Positions 1-9,516 of a DNA stretch of 54,931 bases are shown here, piece after piece; position 1 is the stretch's first letter; each line of letters opens with the position of its first letter. Under the pieces are notes generated by a model. It was given only the letters and a program-made list of their open reading frames with translations. It was not told the DNA's origin and did not search any database. Both the position numbers and the translations under genes were made by a program. The stretch is from a virus (taxonomy: Duplodnaviria > Caudoviricetes): the IMG/VR virus record IMGVR_UViG_3300028897_000717, positions 1 through 54,931 of that record. One strand, 5' to 3'.

Positions 1-596
1 TCAAACAACTGCAATATATGAACAGAGTAATGATCCCAATATTTTTCGAGAAAGTAATGGTTGACGGACGCCATACGCCCTATCTTGTTTTCCTTTATAA
101 ACTTAATCAACTCATCTATTTCCATGGGGGGAGGAGAATTAACCCACTTTCTCTTTTCACGGTCAAACCCAAGTTTAACGTTTTTACATATAGCATCAGG
201 CAATGTTCGTTTTAACCGCTCAAACAGCGAACCATACCGCATGTCTTCCTGCACGTTCCAGTACAGCATGCGGTTCCAATCCTTTGCCACGCCCTTGAGG
301 TTTTCATGCGTTTCTATCGTATCATTGGTGTTGTTAATCAGTTTAAAAATGCGGTCGAAAACCTTGTTGTGCTTTTCCAATAGTGGTTTTGGGATAATGG
401 CATTTATCTGTTGTAATGGCATGGCATTAAACAAGTCAGATAGGTGATATAGTAACCATACCCCAAGGAAGTCTTTGCCCAACTTCCCGTTTCGTATGGT
501 GATTTCCTTCCACTTTGGACCGTCACCAACGTTCCACTTTAGGCATATGGCACCATGATTTTCTGTTACCGCTATCTCTGCTTCTTTTCGTCCCAT
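1..596 (-). CDS. hypothetical protein, truncated by the window edge
   Basis: Manual translation: ATG at 596 (MGRKEAEIAVTENHGAICLKW...), open to the left edge; GAGGGTGGTG upstream; absent from the ORF track. Confidence 0.7.
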   Translation of the reverse strand, partial: MGRKEAEIAVTENHGAICLKWNVGDGPKWKEITIRNGKLGKDFLGVWLLYHLSDLFNAMPLQQINAIIPKPLLEKHNKVFDRIFKLINNTNDTIETHENLKGVAKDWNRMLYWNVQEDMRYGSLFERLKRTLPDAICKNVKLGFDREKRKWVNSPPPMEIDELIKFIKENKIGRMASVNHYFLEKYWDHYSVHILQLF

Positions 597-708
597 TTCA
601 CCACCCTCACCTGATAGTAAACAGGGGGTTTCTTGTGTTTATAAAGGTTATTCAAGTTTAATGCCTTGTCACATTTTGTAACCCGCACCATGTGCGTGGA
701 CCCGTCTA

Positions 709-1812
709 TTATATGAAATTGAGGTGACGGGGTGGTTCGCCTTTTGGTTTTTCCAGTTTCGCCTCGCCTCTTTTTAGTTTCCATAAGAACTCGTTCACCT
801 TGTGTTGCAAGCATAATGACCCGCACATAGTCTTGGCATTGAAACGCTCCGATGCTAATTCACCAATAACTTGCCAGTATCTTTTGCCTTGCCAAATTCG
901 TTTGAAAGAATCATCGACGATACTACCAATGTGAAAGCGCGCATATCTTTCGCCAAAGAACATGCCACATGGAGCGACCAGACCGCTACCGCTAAATTGC
1001 ATAATAAAAGGAGGACCATAACAACGATCATATTCCCTCTTTCCCTCGCTTAAAATTTTTGACCATTTCGCCTTGACAAGATAATCAGGAGTGCTTAACG
1101 CCTCCGCTTCCGTTAGGATTGGGATTAGCTTTGGGTATTTATCGTACTCTACGCCTAAGTCTCCGTCTTCATTGTCACTGCAGTGCTTGAAGATAGTATA
1201 ATCCACCCCCAACTGCTTGCCCAGTCTTGCCAACGGTAAAACCTGGTCGGCAAAACTCGGGAGCGTGACCATCTGCAACCCTATGGTACAGTCGCACCCC
1301 AACTCCTTCTTTACCTTCATACATTGCCTTATTGTTTCCACAACGCGGTCGAACGCCGTAATAGAGCATCCGTGAATTTCTGCGTACCTATTCGGCATCG
1401 CCGCAGATATGTTAAATCGGAGATAATCAAGAGCAGGAAGAATATCCCAAAGATGGTCCCTTTTAAGTAGGAATCCATTCGTGCCAAGAGCCATTGAAAG
1501 ACCGTTCTGCTTGCCCCTGATAATCGCGTCATACAGGTGCGGATTACACGTGCTTTCTCCATCACTTACAAAGCTCACCCCTTTTACACCAATTTCGGCG
1601 GCATCATCTAAGAATCGAAATATTACATCTCGGGATAAATTGATATTAGTATTGGTCTGCACTTGGCCATAGCAAAATACACACCGATAGCTACATTTGG
1701 TGCCCATGCTACAGTCAATGGTTATTGGTGCTATACGCTCCCCTGCGAGCCACGCCTCAACCCTATCCCTATGCCACTGTAACTTATGCCCATCTAAAAC
1801 TAATTCGCCCAT
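709..1812 (-). CDS. radical SAM protein with SPASM/twitch-like C-terminus
   Basis: CSYRCVFC (CxxxCxxC), DGES motif, C-terminal Cys cluster; paralog of 6426..7448. Confidence 0.9.
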   Translation of the reverse strand: MGELVLDGHKLQWHRDRVEAWLAGERIAPITIDCSMGTKCSYRCVFCYGQVQTNTNINLSRDVIFRFLDDAAEIGVKGVSFVSDGESTCNPHLYDAIIRGKQNGLSMALGTNGFLLKRDHLWDILPALDYLRFNISAAMPNRYAEIHGCSITAFDRVVETIRQCMKVKKELGCDCTIGLQMVTLPSFADQVLPLARLGKQLGVDYTIFKHCSDNEDGDLGVEYDKYPKLIPILTEAEALSTPDYLVKAKWSKILSEGKREYDRCYGPPFIMQFSGSGLVAPCGMFFGERYARFHIGSIVDDSFKRIWQGKRYWQVIGELASERFNAKTMCGSLCLQHKVNEFLWKLKRGEAKLEKPKGEPPRHLNFI

Positions 1813-1815
1813 CCT

Positions 1816-2439
1816 TTACTCTGGTAATTCCTTTCTATACCCAAAGTTATCAAAAATCTTTGCGTCCTTTTTTAATACCAGGTCAACCAATTCATCATCG
1901 TAATAATATGCCGTCTCTCTGTGGTCGGATGTATTCATTACGCCCAAGTCACACAATTTTTGTTTCACCTCATATCCCATGTTCAGGATATCGGCAATCT
2001 GTTCCGTTAATCCATCCTCCATGCGGCATATTTTATCCAAGAGGCACGCTTGTGGCTTGTTCGGGTGAAACCATTGTATGATCATTCGTGCCGTCATGAA
2101 TCCCACACTATCATCAAATAAATTTGTCTTCACGTAAGTCCCCAACTGTTTTTGTGTTGGCAATAACATGAATTCCTTGAATGACATGCCCTTTAAACTC
2201 ATTGTTACAAGATTTGCCCACCAGCTCACGTACCAGTCAAAGGGGTTGCGCACAAAACCGAAACAGAATCTATTTGCTAAATCCACCCCAAAGAGTTCGT
2301 GTGCCTTATAAATTGGTGCATGTCGGTCATTGGTCATCACAACAATGTCGTAACTGGCGTAACGATTAAAAAATTCCCGCAGCAGTGTGCCACCCGTTTT
2401 GGGAAAGTGCGAGTATACAAATGTGCGCCCTATTATCAT
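1816..2439 (-). CDS. sulfotransferase-like protein (Sulfotransfer_2-like)
   Basis: HFPKTGGT 5'-PSB-like loop; FVRNPFDWYVSWW 3'-PB-like motif; ends ..FGY. Confidence 0.75.
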   Translation of the reverse strand: MIIGRTFVYSHFPKTGGTLLREFFNRYASYDIVVMTNDRHAPIYKAHELFGVDLANRFCFGFVRNPFDWYVSWWANLVTMSLKGMSFKEFMLLPTQKQLGTYVKTNLFDDSVGFMTARMIIQWFHPNKPQACLLDKICRMEDGLTEQIADILNMGYEVKQKLCDLGVMNTSDHRETAYYYDDELVDLVLKKDAKIFDNFGYRKELPE

Positions 2440-3275
2440 TCTTTATCCCTAGTCAGATACCAACATGCCCTTAAGGCCAACCTAGCCGAAAACCCTACCA
2501 ATGGTATAAACGGTCGTTGTACTTTTTCTAATATGGGAATTTTGGGATTCCACTTCCCCTTTATTCTTATTTCATCGGCATTGTCCCATTCTGTGGATTC
2601 AATCATTGTGTAATACCATAGAGGGTGAAGTGTCCAACCAGAAAATATATTAATCATTGTATGAACCACATCTTCGTATGATGCCAAGTATACTGATTCA
2701 TGCGATATGCTTTTTGATCTATGGTCTGGCCTGTCAGTTGCCACCCTATCTTTACGGTCACGATGAAATATTTCGCTCTCTATAATTATTGTTTTCACTG
2801 AATCGGAAATAAGTCTTACTATTTCAGTCCATGGGTTTGTCATATGGTAAATCAAACCGAGGCATGATATAACGTCATAGTTATTGTCTGGTGTAAAATT
2901 GCGTACATTGGTTGTATGCCACTTTATTCGGGTTGTATCTATATTGGGGATTCGGTCTTTGATTTTATTCCATTGCTTCCTGAAATCCAGGCGTCCCTCA
3001 ACTGCGGTGACATGTTCTGCCCCTGCCCGAATATATTCTATAGGGAAATGTCCTGCATTGGAGCCCAAGTCAAGTATGCTTTTGCCTTCAAATAGGTCTC
3101 TGCGACTATTGATCCACAATGTCAGGGGTCCCAAGCGCCCATTATAATCGCCACCCAATAAAGTGCCATCATCCAATATCTGATTAATAAGCGAACCATT
3201 AAGGCAGTTTATAACGCCTGAACGCTTATATATGCCATCATCTCCTATTGGTAATCCCGTTCTATAAAAAGACAT
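2436..3275 (-). CDS. class I SAM-dependent methyltransferase
   Basis: ILDLGSNAG motif I, VTAVE, YDVISCLGLIYH. Confidence 0.85.
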   Translation of the reverse strand: MSFYRTGLPIGDDGIYKRSGVINCLNGSLINQILDDGTLLGGDYNGRLGPLTLWINSRRDLFEGKSILDLGSNAGHFPIEYIRAGAEHVTAVEGRLDFRKQWNKIKDRIPNIDTTRIKWHTTNVRNFTPDNNYDVISCLGLIYHMTNPWTEIVRLISDSVKTIIIESEIFHRDRKDRVATDRPDHRSKSISHESVYLASYEDVVHTMINIFSGWTLHPLWYYTMIESTEWDNADEIRIKGKWNPKIPILEKVQRPFIPLVGFSARLALRACWYLTRDKE

Positions 3276-3758
3276 TTACACCCTTATGTATGCTGGTTTC
3301 TTGCTTTTAATAAACTTATCAATCAAAATATCAAACCTATCTGCATCGTAGTATGGGTCATAAACCTTCATACCTATCATATCTATGAGTTTTATGTCAT
3401 CCTTGCCGCAACAATGGCAATCGCCAAGGAATCGAAAGTAATCATCACATCCGGTTGCAATGAATTTGACTGGCAATTCCTGTAGTACAACATCATTTCG
3501 TATCTGCTCAAGCGCTCTGTAAACGAGAAAGTTCACTATGCTATAAACAACTGGTCGCATGCCTGCAAGCGCCATCCCTGCAGCTATCCCGACCATGCCC
3601 TGTTCGGCAACCCCGCAATTGGTTATCCGTTCTGGCATTTCATCATGCATTTTATCAATGGCGCCAAAACCCATATCCCCCACAAGCAAATGATAACGCT
3701 CGTCTTTTCTGAAATAGGGGACTAACTGGTCTATTATGATTTTGCGGTAGTTGCTCAT
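3276..3758 (-). CDS. transketolase-like pyrimidine-binding subunit (short, no C-terminal domain)
   Basis: NCGVAEQGMVGIAAGMA, RALEQIRND. Confidence 0.88.
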   Translation of the reverse strand: MSNYRKIIIDQLVPYFRKDERYHLLVGDMGFGAIDKMHDEMPERITNCGVAEQGMVGIAAGMALAGMRPVVYSIVNFLVYRALEQIRNDVVLQELPVKFIATGCDDYFRFLGDCHCCGKDDIKLIDMIGMKVYDPYYDADRFDILIDKFIKSKKPAYIRV

Positions 3759-4505
3759 TTATAGGCGCAATTCATCCTGTGTTGGTAAACGATAATGAAA
3801 CTTCGGTACATTCTCTGCCACTAACAGGCCATACCCCTTAATTGTTTCTGCCATAACGCAATGGGGGAACTTGTCACCCACATACATATTTAGCGTTTCA
3901 ATTAATTCTGCCATATCATGTCCGTTACATATTATGGGCCACAACCCAAAACCGCTTAACCGCCTGCGTAGCGAATCATTAAACCTATCCATTACATTAA
4001 TTCTGAAATCCATGGCCTGCAAGCGGTTATCGTCCACTATTATTGCAAGGTTGTTTAATTCATGCTTGACGGCAAACTGAATGGCTTCCCAGTTGCTCCC
4101 TTCCTGCATTTCGCCGTCTCCTACAATACAAAAGACTCGACCCTCATGACCCAGTACCTTTTTTCCGAAGGCCGCGCCTACCGCTATCGGCAGTCCGTGT
4201 CCCAACGAACCGCACCCTGCGGTTATCCCATAATTCAAGTTGCGGGCGGAACAACCGGGAAGCTCAAAGTTTAACCATACCTCTCTCGGTATTTTGCCTA
4301 AGTCGGTAAGTATGGCATAAAGTCCATAACACCCATGTGCCTTGCTAAATATCAATTCATCATGGTCACCCATAACCTCGTAATACAGGGCAACCAATAT
4401 ATCCACACAGGACAGGGATGGCGCTATGTGCCCCTGCTTATTGCGCACAGCAACATCTATGACTTCACGCCTTATTTGGTCTGCTTTATTTTGATGGGGT
4501 TCCAA
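3759..4505 (-). CDS. transketolase-like N-terminal TPP-binding subunit
   Basis: GHIAPSLS, SKAHG, GSLGHG, GDGEMQEG...N TPP motif. Confidence 0.92.
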   Translation of the reverse strand: MEPHQNKADQIRREVIDVAVRNKQGHIAPSLSCVDILVALYYEVMGDHDELIFSKAHGCYGLYAILTDLGKIPREVWLNFELPGCSARNLNYGITAGCGSLGHGLPIAVGAAFGKKVLGHEGRVFCIVGDGEMQEGSNWEAIQFAVKHELNNLAIIVDDNRLQAMDFRINVMDRFNDSLRRRLSGFGLWPIICNGHDMAELIETLNMYVGDKFPHCVMAETIKGYGLLVAENVPKFHYRLPTQDELRL

Positions 4506-4593
4506 TTGGTCCGTGGCCTCCGCCTTTCCCTTTCCCCTTACCCTTGCCCTTAGATTTGATTTTTCCGCCAGGACAGTTTTTCTTTTTTGCCAT
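4486..4593 (-). CDS. 35-aa Lys/Gly-rich basic peptide
   Basis: GGAGG RBS; MAKKKNCPGGKIKSKGKGKGKGKGGGHGPIGTPSK; fills an intergenic gap. Confidence 0.6.
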   Translation of the reverse strand: MAKKKNCPGGKIKSKGKGKGKGKGGGHGPIGTPSK

Positions 4594-4651
4594 CATTTCC
4601 TCCATTAATTGTAAAGCGTTATGTGTTCCCAATCGAAATAACTGTTGAAAT

Positions 4652-4972
4652 CTATCGTCTTAATCCTATACCTGCAGGAGCGCCAGGAACAGTTTTGTTG
4701 AAGTCGAAAGGGACGTTTACACTGTGCCCCCATATGTTTCTGGCATTTACCTCAATATGGTGATTGCCATTGGATATGCCTGCCAAGTCCATGAGAATAA
4801 CAACTGTTTCACCGCCAACGTCCGTCTCTGCGTATGGCACATAAGTTGGCGCTCCATCAAAAATGACTTCATATTCGTCAACGTCAGTTTGCGGGTCACA
4901 CACGAGAAATGGGTTTGCCATTGCAAATGCTGGCAATAAAACAATGGCAACAATTAAAAATAATGTTTTCAT
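4652..4972 (-). CDS. small exported protein, FN3/Ig-like
   Basis: Signal peptide (..PAFAMA), GGAG RBS, VNARNIWG..S FN3-like strand pattern. Confidence 0.7.
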   Translation of the reverse strand: MKTLFLIVAIVLLPAFAMANPFLVCDPQTDVDEYEVIFDGAPTYVPYAETDVGGETVVILMDLAGISNGNHHIEVNARNIWGHSVNVPFDFNKTVPGAPAGIGLRR

Positions 4973-4984
4973 ATGGTTATCTCC

Positions 4985-5713
4985 TTATTTAAATGATTCT
5001 TTATACACAGGAAACATATTGAATATAAGTCTATCGCGATTTAAAACCTCTTGCACCATGTCGTTATCATAATATTCAGTCCAATGCTTTTTGCCCTTGG
5101 TAATATTTGCCTTTGGGAAATTCCTTAGAGACCCTATGTGTTGGGGTGATAATTCAATGGTTTCACTTAATAGTTTATACAAAACATTGGGAATCCCAAA
5201 CTCCATGGGCACTATTGCGTCGGCTAATTGTAAGTTTTTAAACTCCGTAACCCACTCATGGTTTGGCATCCTTAAAGTTCTAGCGATATCATAAAACAAC
5301 ATAACAAACCTTACCGTAAACGACCCCATATCCTTGGGAAATCTATTCTTGTGTGTATCCCTCAGATATTCGGTCTCATATGGTAATTGGTCTACGGGAT
5401 CCATAAATACATAATCCATGAAACTCATATTCTTCCGTTTGCGTAGTCCCTTGTACCAAATAGTTACATACCAATCTAATGGGTTGCGGACAAAACCAAA
5501 CTTGAAACATGTATGGATATCAAAGTAATTTATGAAACTTAGTGGTTTGTGCCAATACCCACTCTTATCTATTTTTGTTGGCACTCCATCCGTCGGTTTA
5601 TAGACGATCTCGAAATTATCCTCAATCCACTTCTTTACGCTGGTCCCGCCAGTATGTTGCAAATGAACAAATATCGCGTGCTTTTCCGTGTCCGGGTTTT
5701 TAAATATTATCAT
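4985..5713 (-). CDS. sulfotransferase-like protein
   Basis: HLQHTGGT, FGFVRNPLDWYV; start moved to MIIFKNPD to match its tandem paralog. Confidence 0.7.
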   Translation of the reverse strand: MIIFKNPDTEKHAIFVHLQHTGGTSVKKWIEDNFEIVYKPTDGVPTKIDKSGYWHKPLSFINYFDIHTCFKFGFVRNPLDWYVTIWYKGLRKRKNMSFMDYVFMDPVDQLPYETEYLRDTHKNRFPKDMGSFTVRFVMLFYDIARTLRMPNHEWVTEFKNLQLADAIVPMEFGIPNVLYKLLSETIELSPQHIGSLRNFPKANITKGKKHWTEYYDNDMVQEVLNRDRLIFNMFPVYKESFK

Positions 5714-6426
5714 CGCAACATATCCATATACATTGGGAACGCCTTGAATATCAAGCGATCTCGCCACACGACTTCGCGCACCATTGCGTCATCATAATAT
5801 TCCTGCCAAGGTTTTCGTTCTGTGCTGTTTTCATGCGGAAATTCCGTATCGTTCTTGAACCCAAGTGTATCAGTCAAGAGTTGCCGCAATATGCCTATAT
5901 GTCCTAATTCCATTGGTGCTATCGCATCCGCAAGGCATAATTCCCGCCAACGGGAACGCCAATTAGGGTCTATTACTATCTTTGCTAAATCAAAATAAGC
6001 AGTCAAAAAACGCCACGTAAGCATGCCTATATTTTGTGGTATCCTCTTAAAAGACTCAAACACTACTCTCGTATTCCCATAAGCGTAGGGCAACTGTTCC
6101 GAAACAGGCAAAGACATAAAGTGTTTAAAACTCCATGATTGGCGTTCCTCCCCCCTTCTATGCCAATACGATACATACCAATCAAATGGATTACGTATAA
6201 AACCAAACTTAAAGCACATCTGAATCTCATAATTTTGTGCCAAACATAGTGGTTTATGCCAATAACCACTCCTATCAACCATGCTATCTGTTACTACTCC
6301 ATCGCCAGGTTCGTAAACAATCCTGTAGTTTTGCTCCAACCACTTTTTTGTGCTGCTCCCTCCAGTATGCTGCAAGTGGGTAAATATTGCTCGCTTGCCC
6401 GTGTCTGGATTTTCAAAAATAACCAT
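5710..6426 (-). CDS. sulfotransferase-like protein (tandem paralog)
   Basis: HLQHTGGS, FGFIRNPFDWYVS; clear similarity to 4985..5713. Confidence 0.7.
   Translation of the reverse strand: MVIFENPDTGKRAIFTHLQHTGGSSTKKWLEQNYRIVYEPGDGVVTDSMVDRSGYWHKPLCLAQNYEIQMCFKFGFIRNPFDWYVSYWHRRGEERQSWSFKHFMSLPVSEQLPYAYGNTRVVFESFKRIPQNIGMLTWRFLTAYFDLAKIVIDPNWRSRWRELCLADAIAPMELGHIGILRQLLTDTLGFKNDTEFPHENSTERKPWQEYYDDAMVREVVWRDRLIFKAFPMYMDMLR
5941..5956. repeat. 16-bp palindrome copy 1, TTCCCGCCAACGGGAA (intragenic)
   Basis: Exact arms TTCCCG/CGGGAA. Confidence 0.9.
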
Positions 6427-7448
6427 TATATAAAATTTACGTGCTTTGGCGGTTCCTCTTTCAGCGCCCATAAATAACGGTTGCAGGCATCCATCCTACA
6501 CATCTTGCGACACTCTGTGCAATCAGGTGTGGGTTTGTTTATAGTCCACACCATATCGCTAAACGGTTGTTTCTTGATATTTCCATAGTAGAACGCCTTA
6601 TTCCCCAGGTGAGCGCTACATGACCATAATCCGCCCCCACTATCTAAGTATGCCCAGAAAGGTAGGGCATAGCATTTGTCATATGCACGCTCTGCATTGT
6701 CTGCCGTGTTTGTGCGGTATATTATGGGGAACCCATCAATTTCGACCCTCTCTGTCCAAGAGGAATAATCTATGTCTCCATATGGGGCATCACTTGAGGG
6801 GTGCTGCGAGTACGGTTTTATTACCAGATAATCCATGCCAATGTTTTTTGCCATTTTAGCCAACTCAAACACTTCGTCCCTATTTTCGGGCAACCAAAGC
6901 ATCTGAAAACCCAACACACACGGATATTGATTACGCTCCCTGATAGACGCCGCTCGTTCCATGTTTCTTAATGTCTGATAAAATTTGTTTTCCTTAACGC
7001 CGTGTAGTTTGGCATACGTGCCCGGAAATCCAGCATCCACGCTCGTCTTTATCCAGTGGCAGTACGGGAGTATCTTTTCGGCAAGTTCCTGTTTTAGCAA
7101 TCCGCCATTAGTGGTTATGGCCACATCTAAACCGCTTAACACGGCAGTTCTCACTATTTCCGCAATATCCCCATGAAGCAACGGTTCCCCTTCTCCCGCA
7201 AACATAACGCTCTTGGTGCCTACCCCTGCCATCTCACCGAATGTGGCCTCAAGCAACCCAATATCTAGTTTGCGTCTCTTGTATCCCATAAAGTCAAGGG
7301 CACAAAAGACACATCGGTGTTGGCATGCCCCTATCGGGCTAATCTCCACATATATTGGCCCTATCGGTTCTCCGTTCAACCACTTGGTGATTCTTTTGGG
7401 GTGAAATTGTAATTTTTGGCTATCAATATAATATTTATCCATTGACAC
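6426..7448 (-). CDS. radical SAM protein with SPASM/twitch-like C-terminus
   Basis: CQHRCVFC, GEGEP; N- and C-termini shared with 709..1812. Confidence 0.9.
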   Translation of the reverse strand: MSMDKYYIDSQKLQFHPKRITKWLNGEPIGPIYVEISPIGACQHRCVFCALDFMGYKRRKLDIGLLEATFGEMAGVGTKSVMFAGEGEPLLHGDIAEIVRTAVLSGLDVAITTNGGLLKQELAEKILPYCHWIKTSVDAGFPGTYAKLHGVKENKFYQTLRNMERAASIRERNQYPCVLGFQMLWLPENRDEVFELAKMAKNIGMDYLVIKPYSQHPSSDAPYGDIDYSSWTERVEIDGFPIIYRTNTADNAERAYDKCYALPFWAYLDSGGGLWSCSAHLGNKAFYYGNIKKQPFSDMVWTINKPTPDCTECRKMCRMDACNRYLWALKEEPPKHVNFI

Positions 7449-8427
7449 ATCTCAAATCAAAACGTCTACAACCATATTGACTATGTATATATTCATGGCA
7501 TGTGTTACATACTGTTATGCATATATCTATATCTACAGATTCAATGGGGTTCTGTTTTATACCTTCTAGATGATGACAATGGAGGCTTTTATTGTCCCCG
7601 CATATTTGGCATTCCCAACCATCACGCTCAAATACCATTTGGCGTAATTCGGGTTGCACTTCTCTTGCAGAATATTTTTCTCGTCCCCTGAGAAATTTTC
7701 GTTGATTAAAGGTGGGACATTCATTTTTGCATTCATCAGAGCAATATAATCGAGACTCTCCGTGATTTACTAAATGTGTTACTCGTATCCGGTTACGGAC
7801 AGCGTTTTGAGTGGGGGTAAACCAGATGCCACAATAAGCGCATTTTACTTGTAAAATATTTGTTTCTGTAGGTTTCCTCCGAACGTCTTCCATAAATTTG
7901 ATTTGTTTAGCATAAGTATCATATGCACATAATTGGCGTTTTTTTACACCCCCCTTCCAACTTGATGACTTTTCTTTTTTCCTTGAGTTTTTTTGGAACC
8001 AAAGCAACCAACAAGTCTTATTACAAAAGAAATGTTTATTTCTTTTGAGAGCATAAGGGGTAACCATCTTAGGTTTTTTGCAGTTACTACATGCTACTTT
8101 GATTTTGGTAGATTTTCGTTGATAATTCCCCTTGCTTAACCATGAACGAAAACATTTTTGGTCACAGAAAAAATGCTTATTACGTTTTGCACGAGAGGGG
8201 TGAACAAATTTTTTTGTACCACACTCGCCACATTGAACTTCAATGCTACTAAATTGAGGGTTATTTGTTCCTCTGGTATTTTCTGATAACCATAATGCTT
8301 GGCACTTACTGTCGCAAAAATGTCTTTTAGACCTAACCGCACGAGCAAGTGTTAATCTTTTTGGTTTATTGCAGTATGCACACAAGACTTTGACTCTTTC
8401 TTTTCTTTCTTTTGTATGCTGTCTCAT
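7435..8427 (-). CDS. HNH homing endonuclease with repeated Cys (Zn-binding) modules
   Basis: Repeats of CxxC...HFFCxxxC; C-terminal RDGWECQIC..LHCHH...CITVCNTCH. Confidence 0.85.
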   Translation of the reverse strand: MRQHTKERKERVKVLCAYCNKPKRLTLARAVRSKRHFCDSKCQALWLSENTRGTNNPQFSSIEVQCGECGTKKFVHPSRAKRNKHFFCDQKCFRSWLSKGNYQRKSTKIKVACSNCKKPKMVTPYALKRNKHFFCNKTCWLLWFQKNSRKKEKSSSWKGGVKKRQLCAYDTYAKQIKFMEDVRRKPTETNILQVKCAYCGIWFTPTQNAVRNRIRVTHLVNHGESRLYCSDECKNECPTFNQRKFLRGREKYSAREVQPELRQMVFERDGWECQICGDNKSLHCHHLEGIKQNPIESVDIDICITVCNTCHEYIHSQYGCRRFDLRCVNG

Positions 8428-8500
8428 GTCTTATAAATACCCAAATCGCTCCATAGCCAGTTTAAATTTTGATCGCTTTTTCCATGTATTATCATGGCCA

Positions 8501-9289
8501 TTATATTGGTTGTATGTTAGTTGCGGGTCTAAATTCTGCCTCGATACCCTGCCTTAATTCTATTGGTTTTGCCTCTGGCGGTGTCCGTGGATAACCAAAC
8601 CTGTCAAACAAGTATTGTTCCCTATGAAGAATTTCGCTTACTGCGCGCTCATCATAATAATCGCATATAGCCTTATTCGGGTCTTTCCTAACAGATGGCG
8701 TCAAGTTGTATGGTTCGGCCTTTCGTAAACCTGCCTCCTGTTCGGGGGATAGTTTGAAAATAAACTCATTGAATATGTCTACCACTTGTTCTACGAGTCC
8801 ATCTTCCAATCTTATTATCTTATCGGCTAGATCACTACCGTCATCATCGAGAAACATGAATTTAAACCACTTGGTCATCATACCATCCTTTATGTCTCCC
8901 TCGTTCCATACCCTCTGGTGGTGTGGCCAATTAATGGGTCTGCATTCATCCTGGTTTAATAGGTACTCACTAAATCCTACTGGCCTGTCTGTCACAGAAC
9001 CGTCAAAACTAAATTGTGCTATAGACCACCATGACACCCACCAATCGAAAGGGTTTTTTATTATGCCCCAACGATAAGGTGGGTCTGTAATGCGGTAGGG
9101 GCGATTTGGACCGTTATATATCCAATCACCAAGCCATTTACGAATGAAGGTTCCGGCGCACTTGGGCATATGAATGAAACCAAAATCAGTATGCACGTAG
9201 GTGAATTTTCGATAGGAATACGTGTCGAACTTGTTCTTGCGCCTATTCATGTGCTGAATGTATTCCCAGGCTATTTGGCTTCTAATCAT
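8501..9289 (-). CDS. sulfotransferase-like protein
   Basis: FIHMPKCAGT, IIKNPFDWWVSWW, FDRFGY. Confidence 0.7.
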   Translation of the reverse strand: MIRSQIAWEYIQHMNRRKNKFDTYSYRKFTYVHTDFGFIHMPKCAGTFIRKWLGDWIYNGPNRPYRITDPPYRWGIIKNPFDWWVSWWSIAQFSFDGSVTDRPVGFSEYLLNQDECRPINWPHHQRVWNEGDIKDGMMTKWFKFMFLDDDGSDLADKIIRLEDGLVEQVVDIFNEFIFKLSPEQEAGLRKAEPYNLTPSVRKDPNKAICDYYDERAVSEILHREQYLFDRFGYPRTPPEAKPIELRQGIEAEFRPATNIQPI

Positions 9290-9516
9290 TTTGACTTACA
9301 ACAAAAATCAACGCAAGCATCGGGGCGGTTCTCGTAAATGCCACAAAGATTGTCCTCGGTTAAGTGTGGACAGTCTTTATCAAACACAAACATCATCTTC
9401 TTTACTGTATGCCCCGTGCGCACCGATAAAAATTTAGCCGCTTTTGGAGGAAGTGTAATTGAATACTTATTGCCTTTCCTGCAACACTTTCCGCATTTAT
9501 CACAATCCTCTTTCAT
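9286..9516 (-). CDS. YkgJ-like CxxCxxCC cysteine-cluster protein
   Basis: CDKCGKCC...CPHL...CGIYENRPDAC. Confidence 0.8.
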   Translation of the reverse strand: MKEDCDKCGKCCRKGNKYSITLPPKAAKFLSVRTGHTVKKMMFVFDKDCPHLTEDNLCGIYENRPDACVDFCCKSK

